64,000 nucleotides of DNA. Origin: Selaginella moellendorffii (Eukaryota; Plantae; Lycopodiophyta). The stretch is taken from the NCBI RefSeq assembly GCF_000143415.4, contig NW_003314419.1, positions 145,715-209,714 of the forward strand. The letters run 5' to 3'. Position numbers and translations under genes: made by a program. Below the pieces are notes generated by a model, which was not told the DNA's origin, made no database searches, and saw only the letters and a program-made list of their open reading frames with translations. Within the stretch, counting starts at the first letter, position 1, and each line of letters starts with the position of its first letter. Positions 13,320 through 24,400 of this stretch are shown piece by piece.

Positions 13320-13346
13320 CTAAACCCTAAACCCTAAACCCTAAAC
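13320..13346 (+). repeat. Interstitial plant telomere repeat / telobox array (CCCTAAA)x~3.8
   Basis: CTAAACCCTAAACCCTAAACCCTAAAC, lying between the two divergent transposon genes. Confidence 0.9.
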
Positions 13347-14190
13347 ATGTGGCAAATGCTGCGTGAAGAAAGATGCCCTTTCTGGGCAAATGCTGTAAGA
13401 GGCAGATGCCGAGCAGATGTATCTCAGGCTAGCGAAGGGGACAAACGAAAGCTAGCTATAAACATGACGGGATGCAAATAGATTACTAGGCTGGTCCTGC
13501 GAAAATCAAAAACCATAATTGAAAACATTGAAAATGCAAAAAGAAAGGTTTATAATATTTTTGAATTTTAAGCAACCAAAGGAATGTAAGTAGGGCATGT
13601 GTTTGTAAGTTTAAAAATGCCTCAACCACTTAAATTCCCAAGTAAATAAAGCTGTTTTTATTTTTGGTACAGGTAAACTTTATAGCGTGTGGGCTCATGC
13701 AATTTTGAACCCAAAAGTGCACCAAAAAATGCTCGACTAGCATTATTCTTTGAATGGCGTGTGGCCTTATATTGCCATAAATGGACGTACACACATAGCA
13801 TAATTATTCCTTTACACGGCGAATAATCTTGGCGCGGATCGCTGACATGGCATGGCAAAGTTCGAATCACTGACATGGCACAGCTGGATCGAGGCAAGGA
13901 CATGATGTGACAAAGTTCAACCTCCGACAGCAAAGTCTAGAAGCTACTCAGTTTGAAATTTGTCAGAGGAGTCATAAGATCTGGTTTGTCAGAGGATTTG
14001 ATGTGACATTCAAGCGTGTGTTATTTTTGAATTCTCGAACTCATTCCTAGGTCTATCATTTTTGTGCGCCGTGTTCTTGGTTCCGCTGAGCACAGTGAGC
14101 GCTGCTTGTGTAAGCGGCGTTGTGAGCTGTGGTTTATGCGTCTACGAGCGGTTGCGACATTGCGAGCGCCATTGCGAGTGGCAGTTTGTG

Positions 14191-14260
14191 CGAGCGGCGC
14201 TACGAGCAGTTGCGGTGTTGCGAGCGGCGCTACGAGCAGTTGCGGTGTTGCGAGCGGCAC
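14191..14260 (+). repeat. 30-bp CpG-rich tandem repeat upstream of the transposase
   Basis: CGAGCGGCGCTACGAGCAGTTGCGGTGTTG x2.3. Confidence 0.85.
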
Positions 14261-14624
14261 TGTCTTTGGTGTGGCTACCGCTTCCTCTTGATATTCGGCA
14301 CTTGTGCTTCCTGGTATGTTCACCATGGAATGGCTTAGGACCACATTTAGAAATGGCATGAGGCCACATGCCATCTTGGGCCCTTGCAATTTCATGGCTA
14401 GCGTATTGTCATGTATGTTTTTACTTGCCTGCAGTTGTGTGTATATCAAGATGGCATGAGGGCTCATGCCAATTTTGTGAATGCGAAATTTCACGTGGGT
14501 GTCAATAGCATGTTTGAATAATGGCATGTGGCCTCATGCTATTGAGGTTGTTTGGTATGTTATGATTTAGGCCATTCTCCAATCATTTTTTGTATGGTCT
14601 TAACTTCTTTTCTGCACTTTCAGA

Positions 14625-17600
14625 ATGGCCTTCAGGGTTGGGGAAAAGGTTTACATTTTGAATGGTGGGAAAAGAGTTGCAAAAGGGACCCTTGTGTCTA
14701 TGGATCGGAACTTTGTTATACACTGTCAAAGGCTTGGGGAAGGCAATGCTGCTGTATCAGTAGAGACTGTCTTCGATGGGAATGTGGTCGCTATTGAACG
14801 AGGAGAGATGGTCGTCGGGGTAAATGTTGTTGTTGCCTTGAAAAATCTTCAGAAGAAAGCAGATGTTGGGGACAGTGCAAGTGCGACGCATGTTCCCTCC
14901 GTGGATCTTAAGAACCGTGCTACATGGATTCAGGCAAAGGTGTTTCTAAACAACCCCGAGGGGGAGGTGGTAGCTGAGGGCTTAGCCACAGTTGTCGATC
15001 CAAGAGATGCGGTTGCTAATCAAGAATTGGGCTGGGATGATATTGGAGTTGCGATTTTAGAGGTTGTTGACACAGAAGAAAATAGTCTGACTATTGGAAG
15101 CATTGTGCGGTGGAAATTGAGGCACTTAGTGTTTGAGAATGTGAAGGATTCACAATCAAACACCACTACAACTGATGACAGAACATCTCTTCATGGGAAA
15201 AGAAAGTACACCTTCCTAAAGCGCAGCCAAAGGGATCTGAGCAACGAACCGAAAAGGCAGAAAATGGCGATGGAGGTTCGAATGGTCTCGACAGTTGCTT
15301 GTTGCAAGAGGAGGTGCTGTCAACATGCTGATTGGGATGCTATTGAAGAGGAGAGAGCAAGATACAAGACATTGTCCTGGAAGGCAGCTCGCAATTTTGT
15401 GTATGAGGCATTACGGTCATCTGTTAATGCTTCAGAACATCAGGTGGGGGGCATGGTCTTCCAGAGGGGTTTGGTTTGCATGAAGGCATGGAGAATCATT
15501 TATGGAGTCCCTCGAACCACATTCTACAGAATCAAAACTGAGTTCGAGGAACAAAGGGTTCAACAGGCAGTCCATAGGAACGACGGTACGCACAAAACCA
15601 GGGGTCATGTTGTATATGGAGAGGCAATCTTCAAGAGGTTTGTCGAGACATGTAGCGAGCAGCAACCACATAAAACCCGCCTCTTGGAAGATGGAACACG
15701 AGACACCCAACGAGTTCTCCCTTCCATGTATACCAAGGGGGCCATATTGGAAGATGTGAATCGAGAACTCTAGAGTAATGGCTACAGGAAGCTGAGCCAA
15801 TCTAGATTTAGTAGATTGTGGAGCAACAGGTTCAGGGATGTGAGTATAGGAAAGTACTCCAGCTTTTCAAAGTGTGATGAGTGCACTGCTATCAAAATGG
15901 CTTTGTCGAAGAATTCTTGCAGCGCTCAAGAGCGAGAGACGTTGGTTAGAAGGCGGCTCGACCACAACATCGAGCAGAGAAGCTGCAGGACTGCATATTA
16001 TCATAACAGGATTCTCTCCATGGAGAGACCTGACTCTTACCTCTGCATCATCCATGACAAAATGGACCAGAAAAAGACGTGCTTACCTCGACTCAATCCT
16101 GCCCCCAAGGCAATCTCTTCATCCATGCAGCTGCCTGTGTCCCTGTTTGGCATAATCGCTCATGGGCATGGTGCCCAGAACTATGGGAACTTCTTTGTAC
16201 CTCTATGGGGTGGCGGGGGTGCAAACATGATGATTGCGTCCCTAGCAAAACACTTAAGGTCTCTGCAAAGTGCGCAGACTAAGCTGAACGGCCAACCCTT
16301 GCATAAGGCCTTTGTCGATCGAACCCCATACAGGGTTCAGCTGGAGGAGGAGCAAAGGCTTGCAGTATCGCGTGGGGCCCCATGCCATCCCAGTGAATAT
16401 GTTGGCCGTTAGATTGTAGGGTTATCACGTGAGGCCTCATGCCATTCCGACGAGGCTGGTCGCCCGATGAATGCACAGCCTCATCCAAACGAAGCAGAAT
16501 CTCAAGGAAGTTCTTGCGGCCGATGTGGCCTTCCACCCCATCTTCTGCTCCAAACAGACAATGCTGGCAGTGAGAACAAAAACATGTACATCTTCGCGTA
16601 CTTGGCGATGCTTGTTGCCAAAGGCATATTTGAAACGGTTACACTTGGCTTTCTCATGGTTGGGCACACTCATGAAGACGTCGATGCCATGTTCAGTCAC
16701 CTGGCAGAGTCCCTCCGGCAATCCAATGTCCTCACCCTCCCACAACTCTACGATGAATTCCAAAATTGCATCAAAGGCACTGTTGAAGCTGCACTTCTGA
16801 CAGAGGTTCCAGACTTTAAGGGGTTTGTAAGAGGCTACATCAGGGACGGATCCGAAACGCTGATTGGCCACTCCAAGCCTCTTCAGTTTCATTTCAACAT
16901 GTGTGACGGTGCTCCAGTGATGAGGTACAAGATGAGAGAATGGGACACAGTGTGGCTGCCAGTGGACGGCATTGAACTCTTCAAGAGAGATCCCATAACT
17001 GGGGAACCTATGATTCCTCAAGGTTCCCCACGGCCGATGCACCTGGATGGACTCAAAGACCAGGAAAGTATAGTGGCCGGGATTAGACAGCATATTGCCT
17101 TCTGGAAGAGGGGGTTGGTGTTTGGTGGAGAATCCTATTTTCAGAGGTGCAAGCCTTTGCTCGAATACTGGGAGAAAATTATATCTGCTATCCAAAATGG
17201 GCCGGTTGTATATGAAGAATTGGAAGAGTCCTTTTGGCCAGAACCCAGAGCACCAGATAGTAGCGGAACAATGTCCTCTGGAAATACAGTGACAGATAAC
17301 GATGTTGAGGATCACTATTGTGGGCTGAGGAACAAGAAGCCGGATTCAGCATTCAATCCAGTACAGGTCTGCAAAGGAATGGTCGTGCTTGTCAGACCCA
17401 ATAATAAAAAACAAATGATATGGGTGGGGCGCTACATCACTGATGCAGAGGAGGACGCAGAAACTAACTCCTTCAATGTAGCTGTGGAGTGGTTCAAGCC
17501 AAGTTCCGGATATACGAAGGATTGCCTAGAAAAGAGATGGGTGCTGAATCCAAGGGATCCCAGCATGAGCATATCGGTGGATAATGTTGTGCATGGTTGG

Positions 17601-17693
17601 ATGTGGAAGCAGAGTGCCACCATCACCTTGCCAGACCATGCAAGAGATGCAGCAAGAGCATTCATAACCCGGGTTCAAGGTGAGATTCATTAA
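14625..17693 (+). pseudogene. Sola-like DDD transposase (~1020 codons), one frame broken by two in-frame TAG codons
   Basis: ORFs 14625, 15816 and 16467 share a frame, separated only by TAG 15771-15773 and TAG 16410-16412. Motifs: CCxxxCC...CxxAW, FSKCDEC, IIHDKMDQKK, LLLQTDNAGSENKN, FLMVGHTHEDVDAMFS (RNase H-fold D-D-D). There is an acceptor (TTTCAG) just before the ATG and a probable last intron ~17680-17731 with a short terminal exon GEQSESESEEA. Confidence 0.85.
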
Positions 17694-18406
17694 TATTCCT
17701 TTACTAAGTTTCTAATGTATTTTATTTCAAGGTGAACAATCCGAATCTGAATCAGAGGAGGCGTGATGGCATGTGGCCTTACGCCATTCCTAGGTGAGAT
17801 GATACAAATAACAAGTATAAATTCTTAGTTGTTCTAGCAAATCTTACTTAAAGTTCAAGGTGAACAAGCCGAATATGAATTCATCGGATTGTTATAACAA
17901 ATTGCGAGGTGATGGCATGAGGCGATACGCCATTTGAGAGTGGTAGCCATTCCTATATGAGGTGAGTGAAATATTTATTAGAAATACCTCATTCAATTGT
18001 GCACTTCTAAGTCTTGGTCCACTCAGTACTGTTTGCATGTTTTTATTTTAATTCTTTCTCTAAAATGTTATTTAGCATGTGGCTTCATGCCATTGCTCTC
18101 CACAATCATGCATTGAATTTTTCTATCCTTGCATAATACTTCTCCATATATATAGCATGTGCGCACATGTGATATGGTTCATTAGGCCTGATATAGTGTG
18201 TGAGGTAAAACAAAGATGATGTGACATATGCATTTACCAATCATACGTGCATAAATCTAATAATATGGCATGTGGCCCATATTAATGGCATATAAACCCA
18301 TATTGTGGGCTTACGTGCTTTATGTACCATCATTCCCTTGCAGCGTGTGTGTTGGTTTCCTTTTATAACACAACGAACTCCATATTTTAGGGTGAAGAGC
18401 GTTCTC

Positions 18407-18664
18407 ATGGCAAGCACAAAATCTGTAAGTGAGGCAGAAAAGGAGATGGAGAAGGAGATAGGTGAAGATGTAGAATATATAAGTCTTCCAAACTCCCCGT
18501 ACTATACTCTAGGTGATCATTTTTCTGAACAAACGACAACATTAACAACTATCGAGAACACCCCAGTAACGTCAGAGACAACAATCCAAAGCAAAACAAC
18601 TGACCCGGAGAAGGATGATAGTACCACTGAGAGTACCAAAAAGGAGGTGTCCACTAGCGCTTAG
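18407..18664 (+). CDS. Possible exon of a third transposon gene (acidic, Ser/Thr-rich), function unknown
   Basis: Acceptor-like TTTTAG ~18390, then ATG MASTKSVSEAEKEMEKEIGEDVEY... It is flanked by palindromes. No recognisable domain. Confidence 0.3.
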   Translation: MASTKSVSEAEKEMEKEIGEDVEYISLPNSPYYTLGDHFSEQTTTLTTIENTPVTSETTIQSKTTDPEKDDSTTESTKKEVSTSA

Positions 18665-19300
18665 GCTTATAATGGCGTGTGCCCTCATGCCATTTACTTG
18701 ATCACCAAATACCTTTTTCCCTTTGCACTAGTATATCTTAATACCGGTCTGAGAAATAGAATGGCATGTGCCCTCAGGCCTTTTACTAAATCACCTTTGA
18801 AAGAAATGCAAGCCTCTATGTCGTAAAAAAAAGGTACTAGAGAAATTCCTTAATAATATGAATGTTATTTAGTTTCATAAAAATACACTAAGGGTCAAAT
18901 GAGTTAAATGACTTCTCCAGACTAGCAATGCCTCTTGCTACACCTTCACAATTAGATTCGTTAGAAAAAGATAACATTGAATAATATCTAAATGTTCTCA
19001 CCATTAAGTTATATGTCTGGCTAATAGGAATGACGTTCATCTTGGAAAGCTCACCACACGCTCAATGAACAAACAAATAGTGTGTGCGCGCATGCCATCG
19101 CTCTTCTTTAGCTTCAGATTCGGCTTGTTCACCTTGACAATGAGATTTATTATACAACCAAATGGACTCAGTCTGGACATAAAGTCACCGCGCTAGTCAC
19201 CATGCCCCAGATATGTCTAGCCCCTGGACAAAAAACATATAATTTCACGTCATTTTCAAATACTTGAAAATTTGTACCTAGTCCCATTTTACTGAATAAA

Positions 19301-19324
19301 TCCCACTTTAACGAAATAGAGCAT
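19301..19324 (-). repeat. Right terminal inverted repeat
   Basis: Reverse complement of 7735-7758, followed by TSD TCCC. Confidence 0.95.
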
Positions 19325-21465
19325 TCCCCACCAAATCCCTTTCTGCCCATGGCCGTGTTTGCCAACACTGCCACTGAACCAAGGCCCACAGGCCCGACCA
19401 CTAAGTCCCACGGTCCTCTGGGACTTCCTCCTCACATGACTGTATCCTTGGTCTCTACACTATAGGACGGCTCCTCTTCCTTTTCACAGTCTGGGACCTT
19501 GAGGCAACATTTCGGAACACCGTGGCCTTACGCGAGCCTCGTGGGTACTTTCCCTGCCTTTCGCCTTTGGGTGCTCTAGCCGTGGGCTTAGAGCGAGGTT
19601 CCGTTGAGCCACACCAGGTATCCAAGTAGGTAGTGCCACCCACACTTGGACTGGGAGCATTGGCTAGTCAATCTCCCGGGGGAACTAAAGCCGGCTCTTG
19701 AATACTTCACCAAGCTACCCTACTTGTCGGTCCTTATTCACTCTAGTCTTGGATTTCCCAGTGGTCAGCTCATCACCCAACACTTGGGTACAGCCTTCCT
19801 GGGCCAAACTAGCCTTTCCTGGCCAAACTGGCTCCACTATAGTCCTCCCCCTATTATACTTTTGGAGCCCACCAAACCCCCTAGGGTCTGGGAGACGAAT
19901 GCTTTAGGCTTTCACCCTCTTAGACTCGAACTCAGACTCAGACTCGGACTTGAACTCGGACTCAGACTTGGACTTGAACTCGGACTCGGACTCGAACTCG
20001 AACTCGGACTCGGACTCGGGCTCAGTCTCGGTCTCGGCCTCGGTCTCGGTCTTGGTCCCAATCTCGATCTCGATCTCGGTCTCGATCTCGGTCTCGGTCT
20101 CGGTCCCGGTCTCGGTCTCGACCTCGGACTCCATCTCGGATTCCATCTCGGGTCCATCTCGGACTCCATCTCGGTCCATCTCGGACTCCATCTTGGGTCC
20201 ATCTCGGACTCCATCTTGGGACCATCTCGAACTCCATCTTGGAATCCATCTCGGACTCCGTCTCGGTCCATCTCGGACTCCATCTTGGGTCCATCTCGGA
20301 CTCCATCTTGGGACCATCTCAAAATCCATCTTGGAATCCATCTCGGACTCCGTCTCGGTCCATCTCGGACTCCATCTCGAACTCCATCTCAGTCCATCTC
20401 GGACTCCATCTCGGTCCATCTCGAACTCCATCTTGGGTCCATCTCGGACTCCATTTCGGACTCCGTCTTGGACTCCATTTTGGACTCCGTCTTGGACTCC
20501 ATCTCGGACTCCATCTCAGACTCTGTCTCGGACTCCATCTTGGACTCCGTCTCGGACTCCATCTCGGGTCCATCTCGGACTCCATCTCGTGTCATGTGTT
20601 GGTCCTTTTGGGTCCCTTTTTAGAGCCTTGCTTATTGCTTGCTTCGTGCTCATTCCTCGAGCACTTTGTTGGGAGTTCCACTCCCGCTCTCGACCTTTCA
20701 AGTCGGAGCTTTTAGTCCAAATGCGTTACACTTGTTTGGCTTTCGCTTTGGCCACTACCATGTGGCGCCCTTCCGGCTTCACTTTGGGGCCTAGGGATTT
20801 TGTGTCTCATACTGTAGTCATAATTGTGATACTGTCCTTTCTAGGAGTAGATAGTTGTAAGCCACAAATTTTTCCTTCCCAATTTGCCACTTTACCTCGT
20901 CTATCCGACCAACACTGCCTTGGCTTTTAGCTAAGTTCCCTCGCCAAGGTTCTCACCTATTGTACCAGCTCCTAGTTGGTTCTACTTGGTTTCAGCTACT
21001 CACTGCACGAGCAACAGAGTGTTAGCCATTCATCCATGGATTCCCAAATCTCTCCCAATCCCCCTCCCCAGGTTAGACTGGACTTAAGGTTCGGTTACAC
21101 TCCCCACAGGCACAAGCAGCCAAACACACTAAGCCTCCTGGTTCCTAACACCCCTTGGTATAACAAGACTTGATCATGGGACCCTCTAAATCCCAATCTG
21201 AAACACTTGCTTTGGGACGTTGGGGCGCAACACCGTGGCCTAATGGCCTGGTATGGGTACCTATACCCCCCCCCCCCCACCTCCATCTCGAAGGGAAAGC
21301 CCAAGCCCCTAGGAAGGGCAAGGACCAATGAGCCACAAGGTACTCAAGTGGGGCACCACTCCACATGAGCCGGGAGCACCATAGTCAGTTTCCATTCCGG
21401 GAGTGGGAGTTGCTCTTGAGCACTTCCTTGGGTGGCCCTTCCGGCACCACTTGAGTCCTAACGCA

Positions 21466-24400
21466 AGGAGGAGGGTACTCCACCAACTAGAGCAGCATGG
21501 AGCTTGGGCTTAGACCCAAGCCAGACGCAGAACAAGAAGCGACACAGCCCAGCGGGAGCCAAATTAATGTCTCAGGTGGTCAAACATGCATTCCAACCAC
21601 TATCTCTACTATACATTTGGAACCCCCCATAGCCCCCCGCCCCCCCCCTTGAGGAACACACGCTTTGGGCTTTCACCCCAAGCCTCCCTTGATATCAGGA
21701 GTTAGTCTCTGGGACAAGCTCAAAACTTACTAAATATGGAATGGTGCTAGATTGCGAATTTGGATACGGGACGAACACCATTGTGTTCAGGCCAATCTCT
21801 ACATTCCGTAGATGTGCCAAATGAGCAAATCTAGACTCTTTCCATAAATAGCATTTGGGACCGAAATGAGACTAACACAAAGGGCATGATAGTGAGGGTG
21901 TTTAGCAAACACGTTAAGCCATCATGTAGCAAATATTAAGGGACCAATCTCAATATTGCAGGGGTTCTTGATACTAACAAGTGCAAGCCAATGATAGGTG
22001 TTTTTCAAACCAGGCCGAGTATGCTCAACAAGAAACACATAGGGTTCCTACCTTATGTTTATCCAATCTAAGTACACGATCATTGACCAGTTTCTCAACT
22101 AGCTCAAGTGGGAAACTGATAACAGGTCTAGCAATACCAACCTCCTGCCATCGTGGCAGTAAGGTAAGAGTGTCTGTAAGGACTAGCCGACAAGTAACTT
22201 TCGATACCCAAAGTCACATTCGCGACACTCTCCCCCGCTAGGGAAGATCGACGTCCTCGTCGATACATACTCGAGTCTAGAATACTGCCAAGGAAACAAC
22301 TCCAAAAAAAGTTCACGGTACTCACACTATGTGAGAAATGTACCAACTTAAATGAGTTAGGAGGCAACCTCTTTGTCTAACGCGGATGCACTACCAGCTT
22401 AGACACCTTCCAGCCGTCGCCGACAAGGAAATGACCAATGGAGTCAGCCACCCTTGCTACTTTGGGAGTCACCTGTAAGCAACCAAAGAGAACGACTCGA
22501 AAGATGGTCCATGGGGTTCAAATATAGAGGGAAAAAGGCCCATGAATAAGAGTGCACCCCCTTTTCCAATCAGTTAAGGGTCTTAGGATATTTGGGGTTA
22601 AGCGTCCTTAGGTTTGAATAGTACTGAGCTGGGTGACCTCTTGGGAAGTCCAAACTCAGGAGCTTACATCACCCAACTTACAAAAGTGTGATATGCCCCT
22701 GCCCGCACGAACATAGAGAGAGAAGCCAAAGGCCCCAACCCTCATGAGTAAAGAAACCAAACCCGTTGGTAAGGTTTAAATAGACTACTGTAAACAGGCA
22801 GTTAGAGTTGTTTCCACAGTCACGCCCTTTTAACAGAATAAAGAACATCGATATAGAGGCGAGTGATGTGACCAGCCGACAGTAGCTACCCCATGACTAG
22901 AGATTTCACCATGCACACGAAGTGCCGAAGCCAATCTGCTTATGCTGGCAGAAACTCAAAGATCAATAAATGGACAATATCAAAGTCATAGACAAGGATA
23001 TCTTAGAGACTTAATTACTAATGATTAAATCTTAGATTAGAACACAAAAGTATTCCAAGTAAGTTATCATCTAATAAACCAGTAGTATAGTACAGGAACC
23101 AGATCACAAGAGTTGGAAAACATAGGATGCACTATCCAACAAAATTCAATAGCAAACATATCATCAAGGAAACTCAATGATGAAATTTAACTATCAAAAA
23201 TGGTAGACAGTATGCCAAACAACCCACTAAAGATAACTCAAAGAACATAAAATATCATTGACTAGCAAGCAAAATGCTCGCGAATGTATCACCCAAAGAA
23301 AATAACATTCCAACCTATCAGAACTAACTCAAGCAATAATCAACAGAACAAAATGAATGCGGAAAGACCAACAAACATTTCTAAGCTAATGAAGAGTATA
23401 TTTACATCAATGCAAAAGCTAAGCATAACGAAGTTATGCTTAACAAGTGATCATCTAATCAATCCTCCATAAATCCATCTATAGCAAGACGTAACTCACA
23501 TCATAACAAGCACAAAAATAATCATCAATGATCAATATATTCCAACTCAAATCCAACAAAAGGACTCAAACATTCCAATATTGATCACTAACTCTTCCAC
23601 TTGTAGAGTTAGCATAGTCCATGATTAAATCACTTTTCAAGGAAAAGCCAAAGCTCAACCTCTACTAAACAATCTCGTCTAGAACACAACTAACTCAAAC
23701 TTGCCACTCAGTTCATTTGAACGTGAACATAGTTGCTAACTAGCAAATGCACGAATGCTAATAACACAAAGCTACAACCAAATCATCAACACTATCTCTA
23801 TCGAGACTAATGAAACTCAATATCAATCCTAAGGATAAACATCTCATCTCACTTGAATCTCAACATCAATAATATCAATGACAAGGCATCACTTCAATGC
23901 CATTAACACCATAACAAAGCTAAAAGAAAGCAAGAGTGAATCACCACCCAAAACTTCCTAGCAACCAAGCTAACCAAAGTCGGAGATACTTACTCAGTAT
24001 TTGAGATTAGTTCTTCAGCAAAACTCAGTTACAGATAACACATCATCAAGGAGTGATTCACCACATCCAAAACTCAATGAAATTCAACACCACGCACTAA
24101 ACGTAACCAAATGATATCGACAGAGATAGAGTTGACATGCCAACATAGAAAACCTATGTAAGTCTAATGACACGATCCTCCGCAACACCATTCAGTAAAG
24201 CAAACCTATCACTGCTAAATCATTACCGAGTGAAGCAAGTGTCAAAAGTCCTTGGCAAAGTCTACAAGTAATCACCAGTCGCAAAGCAACTAACAATCAC
24301 CCTTCAACTTGCCTTCACAAGACTTAAACACTAAACTCGCGCCATCGAGTTATATACTTGTCCAACATGAACGTAATACCCCAGATACGAGATAAAGGTT

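Larger units (their letters stand above)
8121..19098. repeat. Dispersed 22-bp palindrome family ATGGCRTGWGGCCWCAYGCCAT (~27 copies)
   Basis: Copies start at 8121, 8458, 8649, 8790, 10265, 11542, 11602, 11679, 12452, 12587, 12746, 12825, 13682, 13754, 14353, 14451, 14521, 16367, 16424, 17766, 17912, 18072, 18152, 18265, 18672, 18761 and 19077; some are degenerate. Confidence 0.92.
7735..19324 (+). mobile_element. 11.6-kb TIR DNA transposon, Sola-like (DDD transposase, 4-bp TSD), inserted in an LTR
   Basis: Left end AAGCTCTATTTCGTTAAAGTGGGA (7735-7758) and right end TCCCACTTTAACGAAATAGAGCAT (19301-19324) form a 24-bp TIR with a 22-bp perfect core. TCCC is duplicated at 7731-7734 and 19325-19328. 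Uninterrupted LTR copies (~2170-2195, ~30670-30685) show the empty site. Confidence 0.93.
1780..20811 (-). mobile_element. Long-LTR retrotransposon copy B1 (degenerate or non-autonomous); its 5' LTR is interrupted by the Sola-like element
   Basis: LTRs at 1780-3326 and 7330-7734 + 19329-20811. TSD CTGTA at 1775-1779 and 20812-20816. tRNA-Met PBS (rc TGGTATTGGAGCCA) at ~7313-7326. PPT-like tract after 3326. No intact gag-pol. Confidence 0.9.

Noticed and set aside
9582-16412. Alternative nuclear genetic code (UAR = Gln)
   Set aside because: Neighbouring decayed elements also contain TAG/TGA at Trp positions, which points to mutational decay. Kept only as a minor testable alternative.
8121-19098. 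Palindromic repeats as a CRISPR array
   Set aside because: Spacing is irregular (tens of bp to kb), copies are degenerate, no cas genes are present, and the context is eukaryotic with introns.
22590-22655. 5S rRNA gene
   Set aside because: Only a diverged internal part, embedded in an LTR with a TSD; it is Cassandra-type, not rDNA.
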